Below, piece by piece: positions 53,676 through 64,000 of a DNA stretch of 64,000 nt. The DNA is from Epiperipatus broadwayi. Its lineage: Eukaryota; Animalia; Onychophora. The notes beneath the pieces were generated by a model. It was not told where the DNA came from. It did not search any database and saw only the letters and a list, made by a program, of their open reading frames with translations. The stretch is from contig JAQFVV010000006.1 in assembly GCA_028023455.1 (NCBI GenBank), positions 13,578,001-13,642,000 of the forward strand. The letters run 5' to 3'. The position numbers were made by a program, and so were the translations under genes. Position 1 is the first letter of the stretch, and each line of letters opens with the position of its first letter.

Positions 53676-53789
53676 CCCAGGTCACTATCTCTCATATATA
53701 TCTATCTATTATATGCTATGTATTTATCTAGAGTAAATTGTTACATTTTCATTTACCATTGTCAAATTCCCTCCACTCACAACTTTGAT

Positions 53790-54480
53790 CCATCCGTAAT
53801 CTCTATTTAGAAACATCCTCACCCCCAAACCGGTTTCAAGCTATTGGCTATCCTCAGGCGCTAGATCTAAAATACCAATTCAAAGCCAGCACTTATTTAA
53901 TACTCAATTATTAAGTAAAAAAATCAGAAATTTTCAGATACCAATATGTCTTCAAATCCAACTATCTAAATTAAATAACTATATAAATCTAAAAACTCTT
54001 CAGCCACACTATAGCCTTAGCAATTAGCTATTAGCAAGCTCATTTTTTTTTATAAAATACAAGCTTATCAAGTTAAATCATGTGATGTATAGCTTGATTT
54101 TATTTATTATAGTTTTGCTTTTAAGTCTTAAGCAATGTAATATAGCTAAGGCTATTAATTATGTGTTGCGGCTGAAGAGTTTTCAGACCCATATAGTTAT
54201 TTAAGTTAGATAGCTGAATTTGAAGACATATAGATGTCTGGAAAATTTCAGATAAGTGCTGGCTTTGAGCTGGTATTTTAGATCTAGTGTCTGAAATATC
54301 CTAGCACCTCACTCAGGATAGCCAATAGCTTGAAACCACGCTTTGGGCATGTTTCTAGATAGAGATTTTTAAATGCTTTCTCTTGCGGCCTATATCGATA
54401 AAGTTTGGTGAGAACTATTAGCACGCTCATTATTTTATTTTATAAATTACAAGCTTATCAAGTTAAACCATGTGACGTAT
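53790..54480. mobile_element. Family A2 fold-back pair in UPB1 intron
   Basis: - copy ~53820-54000 (CTGAGGA tagc caata gctt GAAA ccgg TT tgggg) and + copy ~54170-54430. Confidence 0.8.
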
Positions 54481-57199
54481 CACTTGATTTTATTTACTAA
54501 TATAACATTATAAATACATCTAAGATTATTTTAAAGAATACATCTTTTTTGTGCTTTAAAGAATAAGAAATATTCTAGTGATATAAAGCCATTACGTTAT
54601 GTTTTAATCCATAATTATACATTCTAAAGCATATTAAAGTCAAGTCAAAGAAGTATAATCTATCTCCCTGTTCGAGAACGATCTATATAAGCATGATTAG
54701 AACCATATTGAATAGATTACTGCTGTTAATGCTAATGAATTATCTATAAGAAATGTGCAATATTTTAGTAAGTGTATACCTTTAATCAAAAGATCAAAAG
54801 TACCTGCAGTTACATATATCCAAGGTCACTAAAATATATGATTGCTGATCTAGTGTTAAAACTATGTAGTTATAAATAATCAGGTTGGCTGGATTCAAAA
54901 TAGTATTCAATATTTAAATCGTTCTGGGGATCAGGTTGATATCATCTACTATCCTTTAATTATTTTTACTGATATAGATGATGCAAGATTAAAGTGGATT
55001 ACTACTGATTATACAGATAACAAAAGAAAACTAGAGTAATGCAATGCTTTGTTTCGATGATGTTACTAATAAGAAGGCAATACACAAAGGATATATAACC
55101 ATGGAAATATGATTCTGAATGTTACTATCAAGTAAATCAAAGTTCTCCACATTTGTTATTTAGACACAGTAGATTACAATATACAACATATCTGATAAAT
55201 GACAAAACAGATAATAATATAGTGACCAAATATAACTATTCACACAAGCATATGTATTAATGGCCACTGGAGGGTAAAGAGTAACATTATGATAGATGCT
55301 ACCACAGTGTGAAAGGATTATCTTCTTTTATTACAATCTTCTCACTACAAATGACAAAATCCTTTTATTATTTTATTAAGAATACTTGCCCAATGAAAAA
55401 TAAAGATGATGGAAATTAGTCTATCTAACATAAACAAATATAAAATGTAGTGAACCCTCAATCCATCATTTATTTGTCAAGGGAATAAAGAAAATAATTG
55501 ATAAACATGTAAAAATGATAGAACGTAAGCAACTTAATTCAGATTTAAAATGCGCAAATAGAATGAGATTGGTATAACAAAAAGTGGGCATTGTTCGCAA
55601 GTGTATTTAATGATTCTAAATTTAGGGGTCTGGCTTGTGAAATATCTTAGTAACACTTTTGGACTCGGTTATTTGGTGAATAGGTTATATTATTGGCGTT
55701 AAGAAGCCGTAAAATTATTTTAGCATGTCAAAAATTATCAGAGCAATATATATATAATTTTAATACGTTATTTATTTATTTTTAAAATCAGGGTTAATAT
55801 TAATTAAAATGATTAAACAAAATGACCTATTTTGAATAAATAATCTCATCGTTAATATTACAAATTTAAAAAAAAAAAAAGATTGTTATTTATTTGCTAT
55901 GGACAAATTTTACACTTCAATTGATTTCCGGAAATGTGTACCATTTTTAAAAAAGTTTTCTCGTAAAAAAAAATCATCTCTTTTTAAAAAATAAGTAGCA
56001 AAATGAGAAAAGATGGGCAAGATAATCATTTTTAAGTCTATAATTTAGAAGAAAAAATAATTGCCGAATTATAACAAACAGAAGGTGGGAATAATGTCTC
56101 AAGTTAAAAAAAAAAATGGTAAAAAAAATATTAGAACCATAATTTGTTAGCAATACTTGTGACAAAATGAATAATAAAAAAACATATTTTAGGACCAGAG
56201 ATATCTGATGTAAATGGGAAAATGGTAGATGGGGTTTAAAAATTCACTGCGCGATTCAATATCGGTCAAAGATAGGGATCCAGCAGTCCAGATAATGCAG
56301 GTCCGTACAAACTTCAGAATAAATCATTTAATTATTGTATTTTATTGGTTTTAAGACAAAAAACTAAAATACCATTTTCTTATCATTCCAGAGCTGATAA
56401 GTCATAGATATCCAAAGTTCTTATTATTAAGTATCCAATTGGTATTTATTGAGATGTTTACGAATGTCACAGTGGTTGACATAGTTTAAAAAAAGGTTCT
56501 TGTGTCCATTTTTGTCTTATTAGATAAAAATAGAAAACTATAAATACAAAATGGATAAATTTGTACTATCATCAAATGAACAGCGATCAGATAAATATAC
56601 TGGAAATGTCTTGATGTCAGAACAATGAAATAATTCTTACCAGATTGCTGTTAATACCTATAAGAAAATGAAATAATACAGGTGATACGTACAGTGAGGA
56701 TTTTAGAAGATACTAATTATCCTATTCAATTATAATACTAATGTATCCAAAAAATCATAATATGTAGACTCCGAGATCAATCAATGCCTATATGTTCATG
56801 ATTTCCCAACAGAACATAGAATGACACAATGCTTTAAAACTTGAAGAATATACTATTTCAACAATGCAACAAAAAAACATGGATATTAAATACAAAATGA
56901 AGAGCAAGAAGTGATATCATTGTCATTAAACCACCGTCAAAAAATACTGTAATTTCCTTACACATTTTGTAACAAAACTGTATTTCAAGCCTCAAAGCAT
57001 GGTGGGAAATGTCAGCTTTTAGCGATTGCCAATATTTTTTAAATTTCTGTCTGTTGAAATGGGGAAGCGGGTGGGGGATTTTTTTTTTTTTCCTAGAAAG
57101 CGACACATAACTACAGAGAGTGCTAAAAAATGTATATAAATTTTAAGTAAGAAAAAACTATTATAATAGTAATAATATGTACCAATAACAAAAGAAAAT

Positions 57200-57440
57200 A
57201 CCAAAGTGTTCCAATTTCATAGCAGAAGAAGCCGGACTTCTTCTTGTGCAAGGCCTCCTGGATCTTCCCTTGTGCACAGTTATCATGTATCTCAAACTTG
57301 TCAAGCATGCAAGCAATTGTTAGGTAATTAGAGGTTCTGTTGCATCGTCATGATCCACTGACACTGTATTTCCACAATATTCTCGAAATTCGAAATGATC
57401 TTGTGCTCCTCAAACAACAACCACGGATTCTGCATTTTTC
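57200..57440 (-). mobile_element. Tc1/mariner-type transposase N-terminal (HTH, DUF4817-like) relic
   Basis: Frameshifted LFEEHKII..FENIVEIQCQW / ATEP / TIACMLDKFEIH..HKKKSG resembles LTFEQRK..KFENVVEVQRQW..ATEPP..TIARIRDKFETHG..HKGRSGRP. Confidence 0.65.
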
Positions 57441-58116
57441 TTTGAATATCCTGTCAATCACATGATGCTGTTAGCATTCATTTGATTAACTGTATCTTTT
57501 GAGAGAACATTATACTATACATTATTCAACTTTGAAAAGTAATACATAGATAACATTTCTTAAAATGTCCATATATTTTTTGGCACCCCAGTTATATGCT
57601 GCATTAAGCACTAACCAATTACTAATATCTTTCTTAAACTTAACTCAGTTCCATTTATTCAAGCAATTAAAATCCTCTTGGAAAATATGCAATTTAGGAG
57701 AGCAATTTATCGACATATTCTAAATCAGATGGAATAGACAAAATCCCAAATACTTGATGAATTTCCAAGAAAGTTTAGGATTTTTTCTTCATGTAGCTTG
57801 TTCATAGCCAACTCAGCTGATATCCAATTATTTCAAATGGATATCGAGATATTCTTAGAGAGTTGAACAAGGAAAGAAAAACATAAATATCATCTGATAA
57901 TAAACTACTGTGATAAATAATTTTTTTTTTTGGTCTGTTGTTCTTCCATGGAAAAATATTGGAGAGCTCTTTCCTCTGCTAAGGCGATAATATACTTATA
58001 AAAACATCTCAAAGTTGGTAATTATTTAAACGGTAGAAGCTTTTATAAGAAATAAAACTTATGTTTGAATATTTATAAAACAAGATACAGCTAATTTCTT
58101 TCAACAATCTACTTAC

Positions 58117-58157
58117 AGGCGTCCGGCTACCATCAGGAGCAGCAATATAGCTGGAGC
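58117..58157 (-). CDS. UPB1: Beta-ureidopropionase 41-nt exon: (G)SSYIAAPDGSRTP
   Basis: Acceptor ttgttccag, donor GTAAGT; near-invariant UPB1 motif GSSYVAAPD.SRTP. Confidence 0.96.
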
Positions 58158-58242
58158 CTGGAACAAATAAATATTGCTAATTCAGTTTTTGCTTTATCCA
58201 AATTAAATTAAAAAAAAAGACATTAAAAAAAAAAAGATTCAC

Positions 58243-58269
58243 CATAAAACTGTCCAAAATCTTTATGCG
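58243..58269 (-). CDS. UPB1: Beta-ureidopropionase 27-nt microexon: AHKDFGQFY(G)
   Basis: Poly-T acceptor ttttttag, donor GTGAAT, phase 1/1; matches AHQDFGYFY. Confidence 0.93.
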
Positions 58270-58459
58270 CTAAAAAAAAAAAAAAGAATTAATTCACGCA
58301 GCACAATTCAAAAGTATAATTAAAAAAACACTTTTAAAAGCAATATAATTCTATTTACAGTAAAACATAAGTAAGATAGAAAACCGTCTTATGACTTACA
58401 CATTAATTAAAATGGAAAATTTTGTTTCAAGCTTAATAAAAACATTAGGAATACAATAC

Positions 58460-58502
58460 CTGGCTTCCCATCTCCTGATGAAAATTCATTAGGAAAAATT
58501 TC
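58460..58502 (-). CDS. UPB1: Beta-ureidopropionase 43-nt exon: EIFPNEFSSGDGKP
   Basis: Acceptor tattatag, donor GTATTG, phase 0/1; matches EHFPNEFTSGDGKK. Upstream exons not found in the window. Confidence 0.95.
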
Positions 58503-58829
58503 CTATAATATATAAATCAGCAACAAATTACGTAATTATTACGCTATAGAGATATATTTTATATAATGAAAGAGTATCGAAGCACTCTTTATTATAAGCT
58601 CATTATTTAATTAAAATAGATGTAGTCAAATTCTAAATTGTGAACTGTAACAATACATGGCTTAGAGGATTGTGTTCAGGGAGACTCCTTTCATCAGCAG
58701 TATCAAGCCACAACCATTCTAACTATAAATCAGAATAGGCCTGAGTTTTTAAATGCTTTTATTTAACTTAAGTCTTAATTTTGTTTATTTGGGTCAAACC
58801 TTACTTTTTTATATAAATATTCAATTTCA

Positions 58830-59170
58830 CAGAGGCAAAACTGCATACCGTAGCGCCATTCAGTGCAAGCCAGAGTAAACAATGGATGCAAGAAGGTTTA
58901 TGCATAAAATCCCTTTCTCGTGCCTACTCATCCAATATTCCCAGATTAGTTTCTAGCTCATGTCTTTCGTTCCTCACTGATGAATGCCATGAGCTAGAAA
59001 CTAGTCTGGGGATATTGGATGAGTAGGCACTAGATAGGGATTTTATGCATACACCCTTCTTGCATCCATTGATTACTCTGGTTTGCACTGAGTGGCGCTA
59101 CTGTATGGAGAATTTGGCCTCTGTGTAAACAGCTTGTGTATGCATAAAGAATGGTGATCATGTGATGTTC
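58830..59170. mobile_element. Family A1 back-to-back fold-back; + HHR 58971-59012
   Basis: Arms ~58833-58970 and ~58980-59125; tcctca CTGATGA atgc catga gcta GAAA ctag TC tgggga. Confidence 0.9.
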
Positions 59171-59549
59171 AATTTCAATGACCATGTAATATAATAATGC
59201 AATATTTCAGGGTTTCCAACCTAAATGTGTTGAAAAGTGACATTTCAAATCACATTCAAATTGATTCTGTTAATTTTGAGATGTGTGCAATACACGATGT
59301 GATATTTTTTGAGCAGAGGCTTCCATATTTACAGTTAATTAAAGTACAAAATCAAAAGGAAACAGGACAAAATTAAATTTGCTTTTTAAACTGCTGCCTT
59401 AATAGAAACGAAAATCTTGAAACTGATTTTTAAACATTTTTATTTAATTTGAGGAAGAAATTTTATAGGGGTGTTTACAGTTATTTAAAATAGAAAGAAG
59501 AAATAGATGTCGGTTTTTGTAAAAAGTTAATGATAGTGAAAGAAACCAC

Positions 59550-59830
59550 TAAATATCACATGATCATCATTCTTTTATGTTTGCATAAGCTATTTACACA
59601 GAGGCAAAACTCTCCATACAGTAGCAGCACTCAGTGCAAGCCAGAGTAATCAATGGATTCCTAAAATCTAGCTGCAGTGCTCTCAGAACCAAGCCTCCTC
59701 ACTGACGAAAGTCACAAGCTAGAAACTAGTCTGGGGATATCGGATGAGTAAGCACTAGATTGACATTTTATGCACAAAACTTCCTGCATCCATTCTGGCT
59801 TGCACTGAGTGGCGCTTCTATATGGAGGTT
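59550..59830 (+). mobile_element. Family A1 5'-truncated copy preceded by an inverted tail
   Basis: Inverted tail 59550-59657, then CTGACGA aagtcacaagcta GAAA ctag TC tgggg at 59702 and direct tail to ~59830. Confidence 0.85.
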
Positions 59831-59869
59831 TTACATTCACGTCTTATTTAACTGAATACAAGTATAATT

Positions 59870-61300
59870 TATAGACTTGGAATTTTATATGTAATTATAT
59901 AAAGGATTTGAACACAGACTTTCATGCTCCTTTCAACTATCCACCCTATCTCATACAACTGATAAACATGACCTCATACATGTGAAAAGATAAATGATTT
60001 TCAATATATGTATTTCATGATGAACCAGTACTCACCAATTGGTCCAGACCATCATCTCCCACACACATATATAATCAGTGCTCAGTTTGTATTAAAAAAA
60101 GAACATCCTCAAACTTTAATGAACAGGCTTCAATCTTCTTTACCCTCCAACTCTTCAGCTATCCATATTATTGAAAATCTGATAATGGAATGCTCAAATC
60201 TCTTGTTGATGCCAATATTACTGTCATGTCCATGTTGACTTTTAAATCACTCTGACCCCTCATTGAATAGGACCTCGTCGATTTAAATACACCAAAGAGG
60301 GATGAGCAAAATATAGGCTGAATCTATAATATTTGATCGAATACCAGTATACTTTATATACTTGGAGTTTTAGATATAATTATATAAAGGATTTGAACAC
60401 AGACATTGAAGCTTCTTTCACCTATTCACTCCATCTCATACAAATGACATACATGGCCACATACAAGTGAAAAAGATAAATGATTTCCAGTATATATATT
60501 TTGTGCTGAACCAGCACTCATCAGTTGGTACAGATCATCATTTCCCACACACACATATAAATATATATATATTTAGTGCTCTGTTTATATTAAGACAGCA
60601 AATCCTCAAACTTTAATGGACAGGCTTCAATCTACTTCACTCTATAAACTAGCATATATATATATATGGGAGATAATCTGGACCACCTGATGAGTGCTGA
60701 TTCAGCATAAAAATACATATATTGGAGATCCTTTATCTTTTTCACATGTGGTCATGGGTATCGGTTGTATGAGACAGAGCGGATAGCTGAAGGAGCTTGA
60801 AAGTCTGTGTTCAAATCCCTTATATAATTACATCTAAAACTCCCAAGTGTATAAATTATACTTGCATTCAATCAAATATTACAGATTCAACCTGTATCCA
60901 GCCCATCCCTCTTCTATGTATTTAAATGGATAAGTTCATATAAATGAGGTGTCTGAACGACTTAAAGTCAACATGGGCATGACAATAATATTGGCATCAA
61001 CAAGGGATATAAATGTTCCATCATCAGATGGCTGAAGAATTGAAAGGTGGAGTAGATTAAAGCCTGTCCATTAAAGTTTAAGGAATTGCTACCTTAATAT
61101 AAATTAAGCACTGATTATATATATATGTGTGGAAGATGATTGGGACCATCTGATGAATGCTGGTTCTGCACAAATTATGTATGTTGGAGGTCTCCGATTT
61201 ATCTTTTTCACATGTGTGTGGTCATGTGTATCGGTTGTATGAGATAGGCTGATAGCTGAAGGGAGTTTGAAAGTCCGTGTTCAAATCTTTTATATAATTC
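59870..61300. mobile_element. Family B array: two tandem monomers on - followed by two tandem monomers on +
   Basis: HHR core positions 60038 and 60524 (-; period 486) and 60687 and 61150 (+; period 463); centre ~60650; all four cores carry inactivating-type substitutions. Confidence 0.85.
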
Positions 61301-63000
61301 TCATGTCTTTGAAAAATTGAAGTGATATGGGGATAGACTTCTTAACAAAATGTCACTTGCAAAATACGCAACATTTTTTATTAAAAATTGAAAAAATAAT
61401 ATATATATATTTTAAAAAATGCTTTTATTTAATTTGAGGACCAATGCAGTAAAAAACAGGAATTTTTTTTTTTCTTGAATCATAATTTTTGTTGTTATAT
61501 GTAACTTTAAATTAAAGTGTGGGGTGCCCATAAATTATTTAATTCAAGCAATAATAGAGTATTCAGTTTGATTGCAAATTGTAATGATGGAATTAATTAA
61601 CTGATGGTTGCCCCATGCTTTTATTTTCAAGTTACACATAACTACCAAAACTTTTAGTGCCGCATTAGTCCCCAAATTAAATAAAAGCATTTTTAATTGC
61701 TTTATTTCAAAATGTGAAACATGAAAAACATATGACCATTAAATGTGATACTTTTGATAGTTAGTAACAAAACATATAATTATATTCTGGATAGTAGGAA
61801 GAAGCACTCCAGTGACTCTTGTGGCATCGTAGTTCACAATTAAGAATTTGGCTAATCTATAACAACTTATATCTTAATTAAATAATGAGCTAATAGAGGG
61901 CGCTTAAATGCTCTCATTCACAGTATTATTAGCAATCACTATTATAATATAAATATTAAATGCACTTTTTAATGTAATCGGTGTGGATATATACATATAT
62001 ATAAACATCAAATTAGCATAGTTCAATATATATGTAATTAATGAAGTAAACCATTCTCTTTTCAAGCTATGAAGATCAAGAATTTATCCAGCTATTCTTT
62101 AAGCTTATCAACATCAAAAGCTTAAAGAAATGGTAGAACCATTACATTCTTGATCCTTTGACAACAGAATATTATTTATTCTTAGCCTGAGAGGAAGGTG
62201 ATTTGTTCCAGTAATTACATACATATCTAATATTAACAATTATTAATTTCTCTTCGATTATTAAAACAAGGTTAGTGAAAGTCAGATTGTCTCAATCCTT
62301 GTATAACTTATTAATGTAATAATTACTAATGCTATGTTTTCATCTGGCTCTTATACTGAGTTTACCCTGTATTATCCATTAATGTTGGCAAGGGTAAGCT
62401 TATTATATCAAGAACTTATGGAATAATTGTTATCCATTCAATTCTTGAGTCAACAGTGTTGAATAATCATAGTCCGAGCGATTTACTCCATTAATTTGTA
62501 AAGAAAGAAATGGCAAAAAGAGAAAGATCAAAGAAGCTCGGTTTATTGTGTGAAAGGAACGTGATGAAATAAAGAACCAATAGGTTTAAATAATCAAAAA
62601 AAAAGGATTTTTTAAATTTTTTTGATGATTATGATTAATATCATGGTGAAAGTATAGTTGGTTTCCTAATTTAATACTTTATTCACTGTTATCATAAAGA
62701 AGCTCAATCTATTTTATACATACATATATAAACTATCCGAAATCAAAAGTTAAACCAGTTAATAAAATTGACAAATTACACCAAATTCAAAATTATGAAA
62801 ACTAGCCCAATTAAAATTTCAGCAGAACCAATGGTTTCAACTGCCAAGACACACTTCTCAAGCGCAAAGTCACATAAAACAAATTTATACTAATCTATTA
62901 CTGATGCAAAGTTAACCAGTTTTCCAATTAGTTGTTCCTGGCCAATATAATGAAATGTTCGGGTTTATCGCTTAGTAGAGTATAATGATTTTTGTGCAGC

Positions 63001-63036
63001 CTTGATAAGGACTCGTAATGAGTTGAAAGTGCTTGG
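63001..63036 (+). other. Degenerate Penelope-type HHR motif
   Basis: ttgataa ggactc gtaa tgagtt GAAA gtgc TT. Confidence 0.35.
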
Positions 63037-63500
63037 CAATAATTTTTATATTATTTTTAATGTTTCTCTGTTTTACATAATAGTTGTATTGTTAGATTGT
63101 GATTTGTAATCTATTATCCTGTAATTCTAACTTACATTCCGATAACATTTAATATCTAAAGAATTTTTAATTAAGTTAACAATTTGAGAATCATAAATTT
63201 TCCAATAGAATCTCTATTATTAAAAATTTATAATTCTCAAACTTTGCACAATTGGTTATGGAGAATTTTTAATTTTAATTCGGACTAATTTTATTAATTT
63301 TAAATTTGATGTAATTTGTTTATATATATATATATATTTAATGAAATATAGATTGCTTCCCGTGCTTAATAGGTATATTAAGAAAATCAAGTCATATATC
63401 ATGTAACTTAATTTACTAAGCTTGTACTATGAATGTAATATAATGAGCATGTTAAACAAGTTTTCCGATATTTTGGATCTAATGTCTGAATATTCTAGCG

Positions 63501-63540
63501 CCTCACTGAAGAAAGCCATCAGCTTGAAACCGGTTTGGGA
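63501..63540 (+). ncRNA. Minimal type I HHR (A2), near intact
   Basis: cctca CTGAAGA aagc catca gctt GAAA ccgg TT tggg; perfect 4-bp stem II, palindromic ACCGGT, UU site. Confidence 0.7.
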
Positions 63541-63556
63541 ATAGGGATAATTCTAT

Positions 63557-64000
63557 ATCACATGATCACTATCTCATACTAGCATTTAATTGTTATTAAA
63601 CAATTCAAAACAAAGCAAAACTCTCCATATAGTAGTGCCATCTTGTGCTAACAAGCCTTCTGGCATCCATTGATTGCTCTTGTTAGCACAAGATGGCACT
63701 ACTATATGGAGAGTTTTGCTTTGTTTTGAATTGTTTAATAACAATTAAGTGCTAGTATGAGATAGTGATCATGTGATGTTTAGTGGTTTAACACCAATCC
63801 TGCCTAATAGGATAGTGGTGGCTATGGTTGTTAAAGAGCCAAGGACACCAAAATGTATGGGTGCTGAATTGAGTTCAGACCCATATTACTATATAAGCTA
63901 TTGAGTTTGGATTGAAAATATTAATTGTGTTTTCCAATTTCATTCTCATAGTTTTGTACTTAAATAGAGTTAAAAGGTGGGTGCTGGAGGGTTGCATTAG
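63557..64000 (+). mobile_element. Family A1 copy (runs off window) with near-perfect 99-bp inverted duplication
   Basis: Arms 63557-63655 and 63679-63777 (one mismatch seen); 63778-64000 matches ~15200-15419. Confidence 0.9.

Noticed and set aside
57123-57450. - strand frames with in-frame TGA (e.g. VVVV*GAQDH)
   Set aside because: Motifs of a Tc1/mariner N-terminus are spread over three frames, so it is a decayed transposon.

Overview
AT-rich, intron-rich animal (probably invertebrate) genomic DNA; no prokaryotic features or CRISPR. Three conserved genes were recovered by manual splicing. TMEM120 (+): last two coding exons 3439-3572 and 6870-7004. PAXX (+): complete 200-aa CDS from 34172-34404 joined to 43689-44058, with a probable 5' UTR exon ending at 33974. 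UPB1/beta-ureidopropionase (-): last five exons 58460-58502, 58243-58269, 58117-58157, 53052-53138, 49758-49841. A fourth, unidentified spliced gene may lie on - at about 10.6-15.0 kb. Most ORF-track ORFs are spurious or transposon relics (Penelope GIY-YIG, non-LTR, piggyBac, mariner/Tc1, a 960-bp TA-flanked MITE). The main non-genic signal is two interspersed repeat families (called A and B here). They have ~440-490-nt monomers that carry a minimal type I hammerhead ribozyme (HHR) plus a tRNA-like segment, and they occur as tandem, permuted and fold-back copies. More than 20 HHR-like cores lie on both strands, several apparently intact. Stem III stays palindromic across six different sequences. 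This looks like a retrozyme/SINE-like self-cleaving RNA system mobilised by Penelope-like elements. HHRs in Penelope elements and metazoan retrozymes are known; whether these particular families are undescribed could not be checked. Repeat boundaries are approximate and all alignments were done by eye.
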